DNA from: Monosiga brevicollis MX1
Taxonomy: Eukaryota
NCBI RefSeq assembly: GCF_000002865.3
Contig: NW_001865078.1
Span: 170,103 to 227,610 of the forward strand
DNA: 57,508 nucleotides
Direction of reading: 5' to 3'
How positions within the stretch are numbered: the first letter of the stretch is position 1; each line of letters begins with the position of its first letter. The notes under the pieces were generated by a model. That model saw only the letters and a list, made by a program, of their open reading frames with translations, ran no database searches and was not told where the DNA came from. The position numbers were made by a program, and so were the translations under genes. This document shows, piece by piece, positions 37,201 through 48,674 of the stretch.

Positions 37201-38554
37201 ATGGTGGCTTGAAAAGCAGACCAGTCCATGTCAGGGAAGTCTGGTGGAGTTTGATTGATGATCTTCTGGAAGGTAGTAGCTGCCGCAGGATTGAAATCTT
37301 GCTTGATGGCACCGCTGATAAATGCATCGAGGTGCGAGAAGGGATGGGTGGTGGTATGCTCGGGCAGAAGCGGCTTGAGCCAAGCTTCCACCGTCAGCAC
37401 AATGGAGGCCGTGGTCTGATGTTTTGAAGTTTTGTTGTGGGTATGCACTCGGATTAGAGAAGCGTTTTCAATGGGGACGCATGTATAAGCATAATGTTGG
37501 AACAGGCTAACCTCGAGGGTTGGTACGAGGCTAGGCAGGGTCAGCAGCCATGGGAGGCTGGCTTCGTAGGCAGCAATCATGGGCTCTAGCTCATCGCCAT
37601 GCCCGTTTTTACGCCCCAGATCGAGGGGCGTTTGGCCATCCTGAAAACATGGCCACAATCAAGCGATCAAAGCGTGTGAGCTGGACAGCAATGTACGAAT
37701 AAACTCGAGCGTTATGCTTTTTTTCTTTACAAAAAAAATATCCGATATAATAATATATTCAGGAAGCACTCAGAATGTGCAAAACCGCTCAAGGTCGAGC
37801 GGTTCACAACTGAAACAAACAGATGCAGGATGGGTATACACAAGCAATGCCAGGGAAAAAGGCAAGGTCTAGCAAACACGGGCAAGAACAAGGCGAGTCA
37901 CAGGCAGAACCGAAAGGGGCCGAGGCAAGGCGGTATGAAAGAAAGACCTCGAAGATGTACAGCAAGTAGGGTGTAGAGAAACACAACAAGCAGAGCAGGA
38001 AAAGGATGAGAGAGAAGAGATAAGTACCAACTTTGTCTCTGACTATAGTGTCAACGCCGTGTGTCAGCAGCATTTTTACCACGTCCACATGACCTTGGCC
38101 ACAGGCCCAGTGCAGCGGTGTCCTGCCACTCTGTGGGTCGATGGACCATTAACGAGTGTTAGTTACAATGTATCAAAAGACGCATGATGACGACATTCAA
38201 GTTGAATGTGGGCAGAAGAAGGAGACACTGACGTTGTTCCTGGCTTCAACCTCAACGCCGTGCTCCAACAGCTTCTCCGCCACTTCCAACTGACCGTGGA
38301 AACAGGCCCAGTGAAATGGTGTCCAGCCGCGCTATGGGTTGATGCGTCACCATTACGTTCAAGTACACAGTATAATGAGTATCAGGTCGTGCCATGACGT
38401 CTAGGCTTATGATCTGAAACGGGTACAATGTGACGTGACGTACCTTATCTTTGAAAGTGGCATCCCAACTGTTCAATTCATTCATCAGCTGCAGTGGTTG
38501 TGGATTCAATGACCGACATGCCCAGTACAGCGAATCGCTGTCTGCATCATTCAT
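34231..38554 (-). CDS. Ankyrin-kinase-PARP fusion, copy 3 (2 canonical ankyrin exons), apparently intact
   Basis: ATG 38554. ANK exons 38331-38233 and 38130-38032. Kinase in ORF 35427..37658 has the same motifs as copy 1. PARP exons ERLLLHG, FGLGVYLADHPGK|SHQY, YDSV..FHEVIVF..IYPELVVHY. TAG at 34231-34233. Confidence 0.88.
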
Positions 38555-39016
38555 GTTCACGGTCTCTGTCGAGCACACTGCCAAATGAATGAGCTCCCTC
38601 CGAACGAATCTCATACCTTCTGTTATTGTCTGACAACCAGGTGTCGGACTCACCTGAGAACTCGACGGGTTGCGGGGTGGGTGTCCAAGTTGAGATCGAG
38701 GCGTAGTTGATGTTGACGTTGATCTTCGTGGCACTCGCACCACGCAGAACGAAAATAAGATGGCCGGTGTTGTCGGATCAGGATTGAGGCGTAGTCAATG
38801 TTACTGTACTGTGACGTGATCTCTCCACGCAGAAAGAAGGAAACTTAAAACGACGCGGTCACTGAACTTGGTCCACCAACTTTTGGCATCGTCACAAGCC
38901 CTTGAACAGGACCACATACACAAGAAATCGGGCGCGTTCAGCCAAGAGCCAAGATACGATAACTGAAGGAGTCAGCTCCCAATACCGATGCCGATCCCGA
39001 TCCCGATTCCGATCCT

Positions 39017-39137
39017 CCCGATCTCGATCTCACTGTCAATCCCGATCTCGATCTCACTGTCGATCCCGATCTCGATCTTACTGTCGATCCCGATCTCGAT
39101 CTCACTGTCGATCCCGATCTCGATCTCAATGTCGATC
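39017..39137. repeat. 24-bp minisatellite (cgatcccgatctcgatctcactgt), about 5 copies
   Basis: Seen directly. Confidence 0.85.
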
Positions 39138-39977
39138 TTAATGTCGATGAAGAAGAAAAATCAAAACAGGCAAAGAGGAAAAATGCCCATTCACACCGGT
39201 TTCTGGTTTCTGATGCTTCAAACACACTTACACGGACATGTACATGTAAGTGATACCAAGTTCTTTCCCACGTCTCAGTCCCTCTCCCCCAAAAAACCCA
39301 AAAGGACAAATCATTACCAACAACCTGAAGAGGTCAATGTCCTGACGATGAACAATCGTTACCACAAAGACCAAGCATACTTGTGCCAAACACACACACA
39401 CAAGCCACGAGCAACACTCGAGACAGAGCGAGGCATTTCATATTCATCCGAATCGTCGATGTTGACGGCACCCGTGGATGCCAATGTTCGCACCGATTGA
39501 TGACCGTATGTTGACGGTGCGTGCTACTAGATCCCATGGATGCCAAAGATGGTGATTCGCGCCGATTGATGAGTGAAAGGGGGAGTCAGAGTGAGAGAGA
39601 AAGCGTCAAGCAAAGCGGGCAAAATGGGAAGATGGAATGAGTTGCAAAGTGAGAAGAGATCAGGAATTTGCAGGTTCGGGTGGTTGCCAAACTAGCAACA
39701 TACGATATCAAAATGTTCTCTGCTCGCAAGACGGCATCACATGGATCGCACGGATTTGCATAGTTTTGCACAGTTCGTCCCAGCCAGCGGCGTTTGTCGA
39801 TCTCGGCGGGAGTGGTCAGTTGAACTACATGTAGTGCTTTATCGAACCTTGAAATTTATAGGTTTTTATGCAATTTACAATTTTACATGTTGATAAAACA
39901 TGACATTGTTTACATCATCAGATCTGTGGTGTGTGATCAAAATTAAATTTTCATTTTATGTCAGACTTTTTATATGA

Positions 39978-39980
<3 letters not shown>

Positions 39981-40025
<45 letters not shown>
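39981..40025. repeat. (TG)n microsatellite
   Basis: Seen directly. Confidence 0.95.
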
Positions 40026-40026
<1 letters not shown>

Positions 40027-40086
40027 AATTTTAAACTTTGTTGTTTTACTAAGTCTTCATTTTATCGTGCCTCCTCCCGCGTCGAG

Positions 40087-41400
40087 ATGGAACGAGCTCG
40101 TCGCTACTGCCGGGGATGGGGAGCAGTAAGACTGTCCATGTGCTTGGCGCTGGGTGTCTTGGCGACCTGCATGGAGGTGGATGAGCCGTCGATCAACGTG
40201 GGGGAGGATGGTACCCTCTACATCAACGCGACTGACCGCGTCGTCATCAATGGGGTGGACATGGTTGCGCAGTCGGCCATTGTGCGGTCGCTCGTGCGCC
40301 TGCACCCTGAGCTGTACCTGCCGGAGTTTGGTCGACAGGTGATTACGACGGCCGTTCAGCGCGTGAGCTCGTTGTTTGCCGCAGATCTCGACGAGGATGG
40401 TGACTTGGATGTGCTCAGCGCGAGCTACGATGATGACAAAGTCGCCTGGTACCGCAATGAGGGCCAGGGCTCCTTCTCCGCTCAGCTCATCATTTCCAAC
40501 GAAACCAGGGGGGCACGCTCCGTGGTCACGGCCGACTTTGATGGTGACGGCATTGCTGATGTTCTGAGCGCTAGTTTCAAGGACGATAGCATCATTTGGT
40601 TCCACAACCATGGCAACGGCTCTTTTTCCGCGCCAATTGTCCTTGCGTCTGATGCATTTGGCGCGTTTGGAATTCACGCAGCCGACCTCAACAGCGACGG
40701 CCATGTTGACGTGATAAGTGCCAGTGTTCAAGACCACGTGGTTGCGTGGTATCAGAATTACGGCAACGGCACCTTTTCAAGCCGACGTGTCCTCAGCAAC
40801 CAAGCCAATGAGGCGCGTTTTGTTTTTGCTGCCGACCTGGACAACGATCTCAGACTGGACGTCCTGAGTGCCAGCTATAGTGATAACAAAATTGCGTGGT
40901 ACCGGAACCGCGGCAACGGCACCTTCTCTGCTCAAATCATCATTAGCACGGAATGCCTCGGTGCGACTGCAGTCCATGCAGCTGATCTTGACGCTGACGG
41001 TAATTTGGATGTCTTGTGTGCCTGCTTCAGCGGCCACGAGCTGGCTTGGTATCGAAACCTTGGAAACAGCTCGTTTTCTGCGGCAAATCCCATCGATATG
41101 GCAGCAACCGGTGCCTCCACAATACTTGCCGCAGACGTGGACAAGGATGGCCGACTCGACGTGCTCGGCGCCAGCTATATCAACCAAAGCATTACATGGT
41201 ACCGCAACATGAGGGATGGCTCATTTTCCCCTCGAATAATCATCGCCACAACAACAGACGCGCTGACCACCATCTTTGCAGCTGACCTTGACCAAGACGG
41301 GGACGTGGATGTTCTCAGCGGCACCGCTGGCCTAACGCACAGCAAAATTGCCTGGTATCCCACCGACACCTCCCTGATCGACCTCCTCCGGCACTATTGA
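40087..41400 (+). CDS. Secreted FG-GAP/VCBS-type repeat protein (7 Ca-binding repeats, predicted beta-propeller), intronless
   Basis: Seven ~50-aa repeats of ADxDxDGxxDVLSA......AWYxN.G.GxFS. Hydrophobic N-terminus LSMCLALGVLATC. Confidence 0.88.
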   Translation: MERARRYCRGWGAVRLSMCLALGVLATCMEVDEPSINVGEDGTLYINATDRVVINGVDMVAQSAIVRSLVRLHPELYLPEFGRQVITTAVQRVSSLFAADLDEDGDLDVLSASYDDDKVAWYRNEGQGSFSAQLIISNETRGARSVVTADFDGDGIADVLSASFKDDSIIWFHNHGNGSFSAPIVLASDAFGAFGIHAADLNSDGHVDVISASVQDHVVAWYQNYGNGTFSSRRVLSNQANEARFVFAADLDNDLRLDVLSASYSDNKIAWYRNRGNGTFSAQIIISTECLGATAVHAADLDADGNLDVLCACFSGHELAWYRNLGNSSFSAANPIDMAATGASTILAADVDKDGRLDVLGASYINQSITWYRNMRDGSFSPRIIIATTTDALTTIFAADLDQDGDVDVLSGTAGLTHSKIAWYPTDTSLIDLLRHY

Positions 41401-41745
41401 CATGTTCATGTCCCGAAGCGAAAGAACCAATCCATCTGGTAGACGTGCGTGTCTGTCCAATAACATGATGATGGTGAGATGAAAATTTAAACAACATCAC
41501 ATCAGATGTAAAGTTTTACAAACATCAGTGTACATGCGCATGTAAAATTTTCAATTTGAATTTCAACTTTAGAATAACAATAGATACCTTCTAACCCCCT
41601 TAATGTACGGGGAGGAAATTGCACATGATCACATGTGGTCGGAGTTGTTGTTTGCGATCGTTCAACAAGTGGTTTTGAAAAAGTGCATGTTCTGATAAAA
41701 AATTCAGGTTTCAAACATTTTGATCAAGAAGGAGCTTTGGGACTG

Positions 41746-43512
41746 ATGAATTGGGTTTGGGCTTTGAGCTGGATCGCCGTGCTCGTGGCGGGTTGTGAGG
41801 TCGGGCAGGGAGGGGAGGAGCAGGCTTGCGGTGGAGAGGATTCTGGACATGCGTATCGATCGATGCAGTTGCCGTTTCCGGATCAAAGATATTTGCTGTA
41901 CAGTGTCAATGTGGGCGAGGGCTTCAATTTGGCACGCGATGTCTTCTTGCGGGCCGCCGAGCTGGTGCAAAGGCTCAACGAACAGCGGGGCGCTGCCGAG
42001 CCACCCTGGACCCTGGTCCTGCCCCCATTTGCGCCGCCTCACTGGCGTAAGCCAGTCCGTCCAGCCCCTTGGTCCGACTTTTTCAACCTGACTCTTCTCA
42101 ACCAGGTCTCTCGCAATGCCGTGTGCGCGAGCTGTGGCTTGTTCTGGGTATCCCGCCATCGATCCCATTCATCCATTCATCCGCCTGCATTGATCCCCTG
42201 AATCAACAGGCTCTACCAGTCGTGGAGTTACATGACTGGCTCGCCATGCAAATGCGGCAATCACGGAAGCACGTGGTTCACATTGACATGGCCCTGCATT
42301 TGCGCATGGTCTTTCCCGACGATGCGCAAATGTATATGCGTGAGGACCCAACCTGCCAGCTGGGATCAGATCGTAAGTGGACCTTCTGTGCTCCAACGTT
42401 GACGGTTCTGACTGCATACACTTGGCCGGAAAATCAACATTCACTGCACCATTCGTGACGCATAGCCTGGGCCCTTGTCTACGATTCAAGTCGCCAGGGC
42501 TACTCGGGATGGTTCTGGGGTCATGGCGACGAGCTGGTGGCTGCTGAGCGGCGCTGTCTCGAATGCATGGGAACCACCGCCACCTTGCAGCCCTATCTGG
42601 AACATGAGCTGCCACCTGCCACCTCGAGTGTACTTCTGGCACGGCTTGAAAGCTTGATGCATCATCGTTTTAGCGGACCCGCATACTGGCGCGTGCGGCG
42701 CAGGTATAAAGCACCCAACTTCGCTCTTGGGCCATCTCCTTGCCGCAGTGTGCAACTTTTTTATCAAAGCTTACCAGTTTGTACACAGCATGCAGTTTCA
42801 TGCAGATCTGATCCGTACAGCCGAGGAATTCATCCACACCAATTTCGGGTCTCGAGCCTATCTTGCTCTCCACCTCCGCCAGGGCGATTTCAAAGCACAC
42901 GGGCGAATGCCTGCCATCGAGCTCGTTGCTCGCCAGCTCCTTCACGCCCTTGCAGCAGATGCAAATTTGACTTCAATTTTCTTGGCCTCTGATGCTGACA
43001 CCAGTGATCCGGATATGGCTTGGCTGACCGCGCAGCTGGCTGCGCAGAACGTGCCCCTCGTACGACTGACGCCGCCCGCCGGATCATCCCTTGGTGATGG
43101 CCAGGTATGGGCAAAAGCAACTTGCACCTTGTTGCCGTGGACTTTTTGCTTGCACGCTGATTTGAAAATTGGCTCGATAGCTGGCTATTCTGGACCAGAT
43201 TGTGTGCGCCCGAGCGCACAAGTTTATTGGCACCCCCGAGTCGACCTTTACCTTTCGGATTCAGGAAGAACGGTAAGATCAGCTGGGACACCTATCTTTT
43301 TTTCTTTCTTTTTTTTCCTTTTTCTTTCGTCTTGCCAACATCGCCCAAGCCGCATCGAGCCTGAAGCTTGCTTGAGGTCACTTTGGAATGCTGGACTTTG
43401 TAGAGCCTTTTTGGGTCAATCAGAAAGCAGCAGTTATGAGGTGTTGTGTGAGGGTGCTGTCAACTGTCCTTCCAGCCCGCGATGGCCCGTGCACCTGTCC
43501 TCGGATCCGTAG
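41746..43512 (+). CDS. POFUT2: Protein O-fucosyltransferase 2 (GT68), multi-exon
   Basis: Signal peptide; [96 protein letters not shown]. Confidence 0.88.
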
Positions 43513-43772
43513 CGTGTCTTGCTTTGAGTTGAGAGTATAATCGAGTCGTCGTGAATTATGAACAAGAAAACACACCCTCTCCTCACAGCTGTTTTTTGCT
43601 ACTCCTTAAATTCGGTGGAGCAAAGGCACGACACAATACACGCAACACACAGCGCCCTGACGGCCGTGACAAGTCACCGCCAAACGGACGGAAAGCCTGG
43701 CCAGCCAGCCACAGATTATCTGAGTGACAAAATGCACGAATCGGCCCCTTTGTGACAACTCTTGGCCGGCCG

Positions 43773-45755
43773 CTAGATCGCAGCAATGGCCGTCAAGATT
43801 TGCTGCCGCACCGGGTCATGAGCAGATCGTGTGCGCACAGTCGCCAGCAACGCTTGCAGGGGCGTCTGCAAGGCCTCAATGTCTGCAGGCAAAGCCGCAC
43901 ACACAAACGCCACAGGTCAGACTGGTTTAGAACACACAACGCAGAGTATAACACATGGCAAACACAGTCACATAAGCACCTTGTTGTTGAAGATCCTTGG
44001 AGAGGTCTAGACTGGGCAACTGATGATCTGCCAGCGGGGGGCTACAATTGGCCAAGGCTTGGCGGATGCGCTCGTATGCCACAGTCAGGCGCTCAGTCAG
44101 GTCACGATTGCTTTGTTCCACACGTCGCTTTTCCAAACGCATGCTCTCCTGAGTGACTTGCAATTCTTCCACCTAGAATCATAACCTGATAATCAGATGC
44201 ATCGCCTAGAAGCTGAATTGTCGCTGCCCAACTCGGAAACCAACCGTGGTTCGAAGCTCTGCGCACTCGGCATCGAGACCTTCCATTTCTCGCTCCAATG
44301 TCCTCAAGCTGGTCACTCGAGCTGTCAAGGATGTTTGGTGTCAGACATCAAGGATAATGATTGGCATGCGTGACGGCGCGGCCGGATGTGCTTCAGGCCT
44401 GTTCGTACCTCGATGGAAGTTGATAAACTCGTCTGTAAACACCTTGACAGGCAGGTGGCGGTCACCATGTTGGGCCGCAAGCTGCAGGTGTCGCCTACTA
44501 CTCATGTGCTCTTGCTGCAAAGTCGGCAGACCACGACAAGTCAGCTGGGTACTTTTAAACCTGTGGACATACAGGCGAGGCGTACCTTGTTATGAACAGT
44601 GGTAAAGCTCTGCGTACAGATGCCACAAAACATGTCTTCATCATCCGGGGGCAAGGCCAAGACGGGCTGGCTATGCCGCTCAATCACGAATCGAGATGCG
44701 TCATTGCTTTTCGGCGTAGGCGGAAAGGCTTCGGCGGCAGACGACCGTGTCGCGCTGGCCGAGACGGTGCTGGAAGAACGCTTGCCAACGGGGCGGTTTG
44801 AGGCCTTGCGCGATGAGGCAGAAGCTGATGTTGAACCCAAGGCCCGGGCTGGCGTTGGAGACGGAGACGAGGTGGGTACGGGGGTCGGGGCGGCACTGGG
44901 AGGGGTGGTTGAAGGGGGACGGGATGACCGGCCTGAAGATTTGGGGCGGCGGCGGTTGCTTTCAGCCTTGCTGGTGTTGCTGGCCGCGCTTGAGGGACGT
45001 GAAGACGCGAGGGCTCCCGATACGGACATGAGGGGTGATGGGTTGCTCGGTCGAGAGCCCGATTTTCGTGCGGGCGTGCCATCGGGCGAAGTCTGAACAA
45101 CGACCTTGGCACGTTTGCGCACCAATTCTTCATCCACCTCGGGCGGCTTTTGGGCCACCCACTCTGCGAATTCAACGTTGTACCGGTCCCGATCGGCCTT
45201 GGCGCGCATTTGGTAGACCTGTGGGAATGATGCATCGAGCCACAGTCACGAGCCGAGGTGTCAAGAGGTGTCAGAATTGCTTATGGGCGCAAAGCTGCCA
45301 CGGCAGTAAGCAGGGGAATGAGAAATCAAGGCACAAACATTGCGCTGCTCGTCAGTTGAATCTCGCCAGGCCTGGCCAACGAGCTTGGTCACTTCTCGTG
45401 AGCTCAGGTTGGGGTTTTGTGCATTGGTCGCGGTCCAATGATCCGCCTAGGTAGGAAGCGAGATTATAGTAAAGGTGAGCCTCACGACACAATGGACCCT
45501 GGCGGGGCTTGTTCAAAGCTGAAAACAGTAAAAAAAATGCCAGTCATGATGACAGCGAACAACCGCACTACGGCTTGATCCGCCGTGCATGCAACTGGCG
45601 AGACGGGCCCCGGGGAGACCGGGCCGTACCATGAAAAGGGCGTAGGGAGAGCAGGCGCCCTTGGGCTTGCGAGCAAAGTACTCGGCCTCAGCCGCGCTGG
45701 CATACACGATTGGCGGCTTCTTCTTTGCATGTGAAGTAGACGGGCGACGCGCCAT
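43773..45755 (-). CDS. HMG20 (BRAF35/iBRAF)-like HMG-box protein with a C2H2/U1-type zinc finger and C-terminal coiled coil
   Basis: HMG start RKPKGACSPYALFM and end YQMRAKADRDRYNVEFAEW. Ser/Pro-rich linker, CGICTQSF...NK|QEHMSSRRH, HMG20-like PVKVFTDEFINFH, then coiled-coil exons. Confidence 0.65.
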
Positions 45756-45792
45756 GTTGGCTGGTTTATCCCACCCCAATAGGGCCCACCAG

Positions 45793-45840
<48 letters not shown>

Positions 45841-46238
45841 ACCACGTTCCGTGCGCACCCCGTCGCCGCCAAAAAAGGAAAAAAAAAAGAGAGAAAACTG
45901 GAAAAAAAAACAGAGAGGAGAGTTGTGAAGGTTTAACAAATTGTTATTTCCAAGCCAAATTTAAAGGGCATGAAGAGATCGACTCAAATCAAAACTGGGT
46001 TCGTTTGATCAAAAGAGCTTATGGGCAACGTGTGAGATGAACTATGGAAGGAGACGCGGTCAAGGCAGCCTGATGGAGTTGGGATGCCGAGGTGTGGTTG
46101 GCTGAGAATGCTCGTGTAAAGCAGGTGCTTGGGGCTACGTGGAGATCAGTTGGTTGTGATAAAAAAATCGAATCAACTCTATTCGGATGCCCTTGCTGGG
46201 TGCCTGCTCAGCAGGCGTGCCAGTCTACAGTCGATTCC

Positions 46239-48413
46239 TTACAGATAAAAAGAGCCTGATGTGCCCAGTTTGTTGTCACGATCCTCCTGCAACTCGGCCA
46301 GGGCAAGACGATGGCGCAAGGATGCACGACGACGCGTCAGTGCACCGACCGTCTCTTCGGGAGCCAAAGCTAGGGCATCCATCAACGTGCTTAAGAGGGC
46401 AAGCACATCCGCTTGTTCCGTGGCCGTTTGGGCAGTCTCGGCATGATGTTGTGCATGTTGCTCGTGGCTCTGGCGCACTGCGCGTTCATGAGCCTCACGG
46501 TGCAGCGCCATCGCATCGTGCTCTTCGCCCGGCAAATTGGGTTCCCTTATTTGAGCGGCAGGCTCGCGAGCCAGTGCGGGTTCTAACGGAGCCTCTGGGT
46601 GCTCTTGAGCTGCCTGTGGCTCCGCGTGTGGAGCGACTCTTGCGCTGTGAAAGTGTCGAACATGTTCCTCGTGCAGGCGTGCATGCTCGTCGGCAATGGT
46701 GTTTGCGGGGCCCTGGCTCGCCGGATGTATGGTCGCCTGTTGATCGTGATGCCGCCGGTGGTGACGCTCGAGCTGTTCCTCGTGTAAGCGGCGATGTGCA
46801 GTTGCAGCATCCTGGCTTGACGGCGTAGAATGCTCTATCTTGGAGCTGTGGGTCGCCGTCGTGGTTTTGGTGGAGCCTCGCTGACCCTTTGTTCCTTGCT
46901 TTAGTTTGGCGTTGGCACTGTCCTTGACGTATGGCGCACTGTCATCTGGCTTGTCGGGCTGTTGTTCTGGAAGCACTACGGCCAACAGATCCTCCAAAGT
47001 GGCGAGCAAAATGTCGGCTTTGTCTCCTCGAGACACGGGATGTGCAAGCAATGTTGGGTCCGAGGCTGCACCCATGCATGTCGTGTTTACCAGAGGTTTA
47101 AAAAGCACGCGCCATCGCCAAGCAGAACATGACCCACGGCAAGAACCAACGTACCGAGGAGGTGCTGCACCGAAGCAAAGGCAGGGTTGCTGGGTGATGT
47201 TGCGCGCAAATGGGTTGGCCCACTGCCACATTCCGAGACGACTCCGATCAACCTTTGTTCATACATGACATCGGTTTAGATAATTGATGACCAGCAAGCC
47301 CCTGTCAACAGAAGATGGGCCACGCGGAGAAAAAAGACAAATGTGTCTACAGACGTACGTCTTTTTACTGAAAGTTGAGCGCAGGTCGATGGATACGGGG
47401 CCAAATCCGTCAGGATGCAACAGCCAACGGTGGAACTCAAGTCGAAACCCACGGTCCGGAATCATCTACACCATGACATGCATTCAAGTGGGCACGTGGG
47501 TATCAGCTGTGCGATCGACCCGAAACCAACAAAAAAACAAGAAAAAAGAAAAGAAAGAAAACCGTACCATGCTGGTGGCCAAGTAGGCGCCATGGGTACC
47601 GGTGTGCACAAAATACAAGAGAACTGTGGCAAGGGAGGCCTTGGGGTGGCGACATTGACGGTGAGCTGAGTAGGGAGCATGCAAGCGCGGGCATGCATAC
47701 GCCAACGTGCGGAGCTTGATGCTTTGATAGCCTTGACAAGTATATCGGCCGACATAGGCGGGATACAAGGGAAGCTTGGGACGAGGTACTGGAGGTGCAT
47801 GGCAGGTGACAAGCTGCGGCGGGGGACAGGCCGCGAAAGAGGCTATGCGTACGGCAAAGTGACAGTTGGAGTGCTGAACAACACCAAGCACCTTATCCTG
47901 ATCCTGGTAATGGCACTGGTAGTGAACAGTGGCGTGATAGTGCGCGCTCGCATTGGTAGGACAAGCCTGGGTGGGCGGGGCTGCATAAAAGGCCAGCTGC
48001 GCAGATGTTGAACGAATAAAAGGCAGCATGATGGTGGCGCGCCGTTGCCCCTGTGCTTGTTGATGGCGGATCTGAAGATGGTGTCCAGGACAGAGCTGGT
48101 AGGAGGCCGCCGTCGCTGAATCCGTGTAGTAAGGAAGACAGGACTGGGCTGCGGGATTGAACACCTTGGGGCTCGTACGCTGTGCGGCACGACAGCCGCC
48201 GTATCGAGTGTCCGAGGGCTGTATGAGCCACTGTTCCTGTTGCATTGCTGCCGGAGGCGGGGGCGGGCTTCGGACCACCTGCAGCTCGACGGGCTGCTGA
48301 TGTTCGCCAAGGTCAAAGGTCCCCAGGGCAGTGCCCACCACAGGAAGCATCGTGTTGCAAGCCACAAAAGCCAGCAGCAACGCCAGCCCGTGCGGGCAGC
48401 AGACAGATGTCAT
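46239..48413 (-). CDS. Putative secreted protein with an MRH (mannose-6-phosphate receptor homology)-like domain and His/Glu/Ala-rich C-terminal region; exon joining tentative
   Basis: Signal-like GLALLLAFVAC. MRH-like cysteine pattern SYQLCPG...QACP...ATVHYQC...VLGVVQHSNCHFAVRIASFAAC. Intermediate exon-like segments at about 47460-47355 and 47265, then ORF 46239..47231. Confidence 0.45.
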
Positions 48414-48674
48414 CCTGTTCGCCTTCAATCGTCGCCTCTGCCGCTGTTCCCGCCCGACGCGACGTCCAACGCAACGTCGATACAAGCACCGCCAACTCGA
48501 CGCCGTCCAATGAGATGAATGGTTTTTGCAGCAAAATATCTAGTACCTGTCGAAATCAAGTAAAAGCAAGTGTGACTTTAAGACGCATTTTCAAGAGTCT
48601 TTGCATTGTCAGCACGACTTCGAAGAAGAGCAAGTGGGGACGGAGGGCGCCGACGGACGGACGCTGCCAGAGCC

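Noticed and set aside
38902..39500. RS-rich or ISISL ORFs suggesting an SR protein
   Set aside because: Translation of a 24-bp minisatellite; no RRM or splice-supported model.
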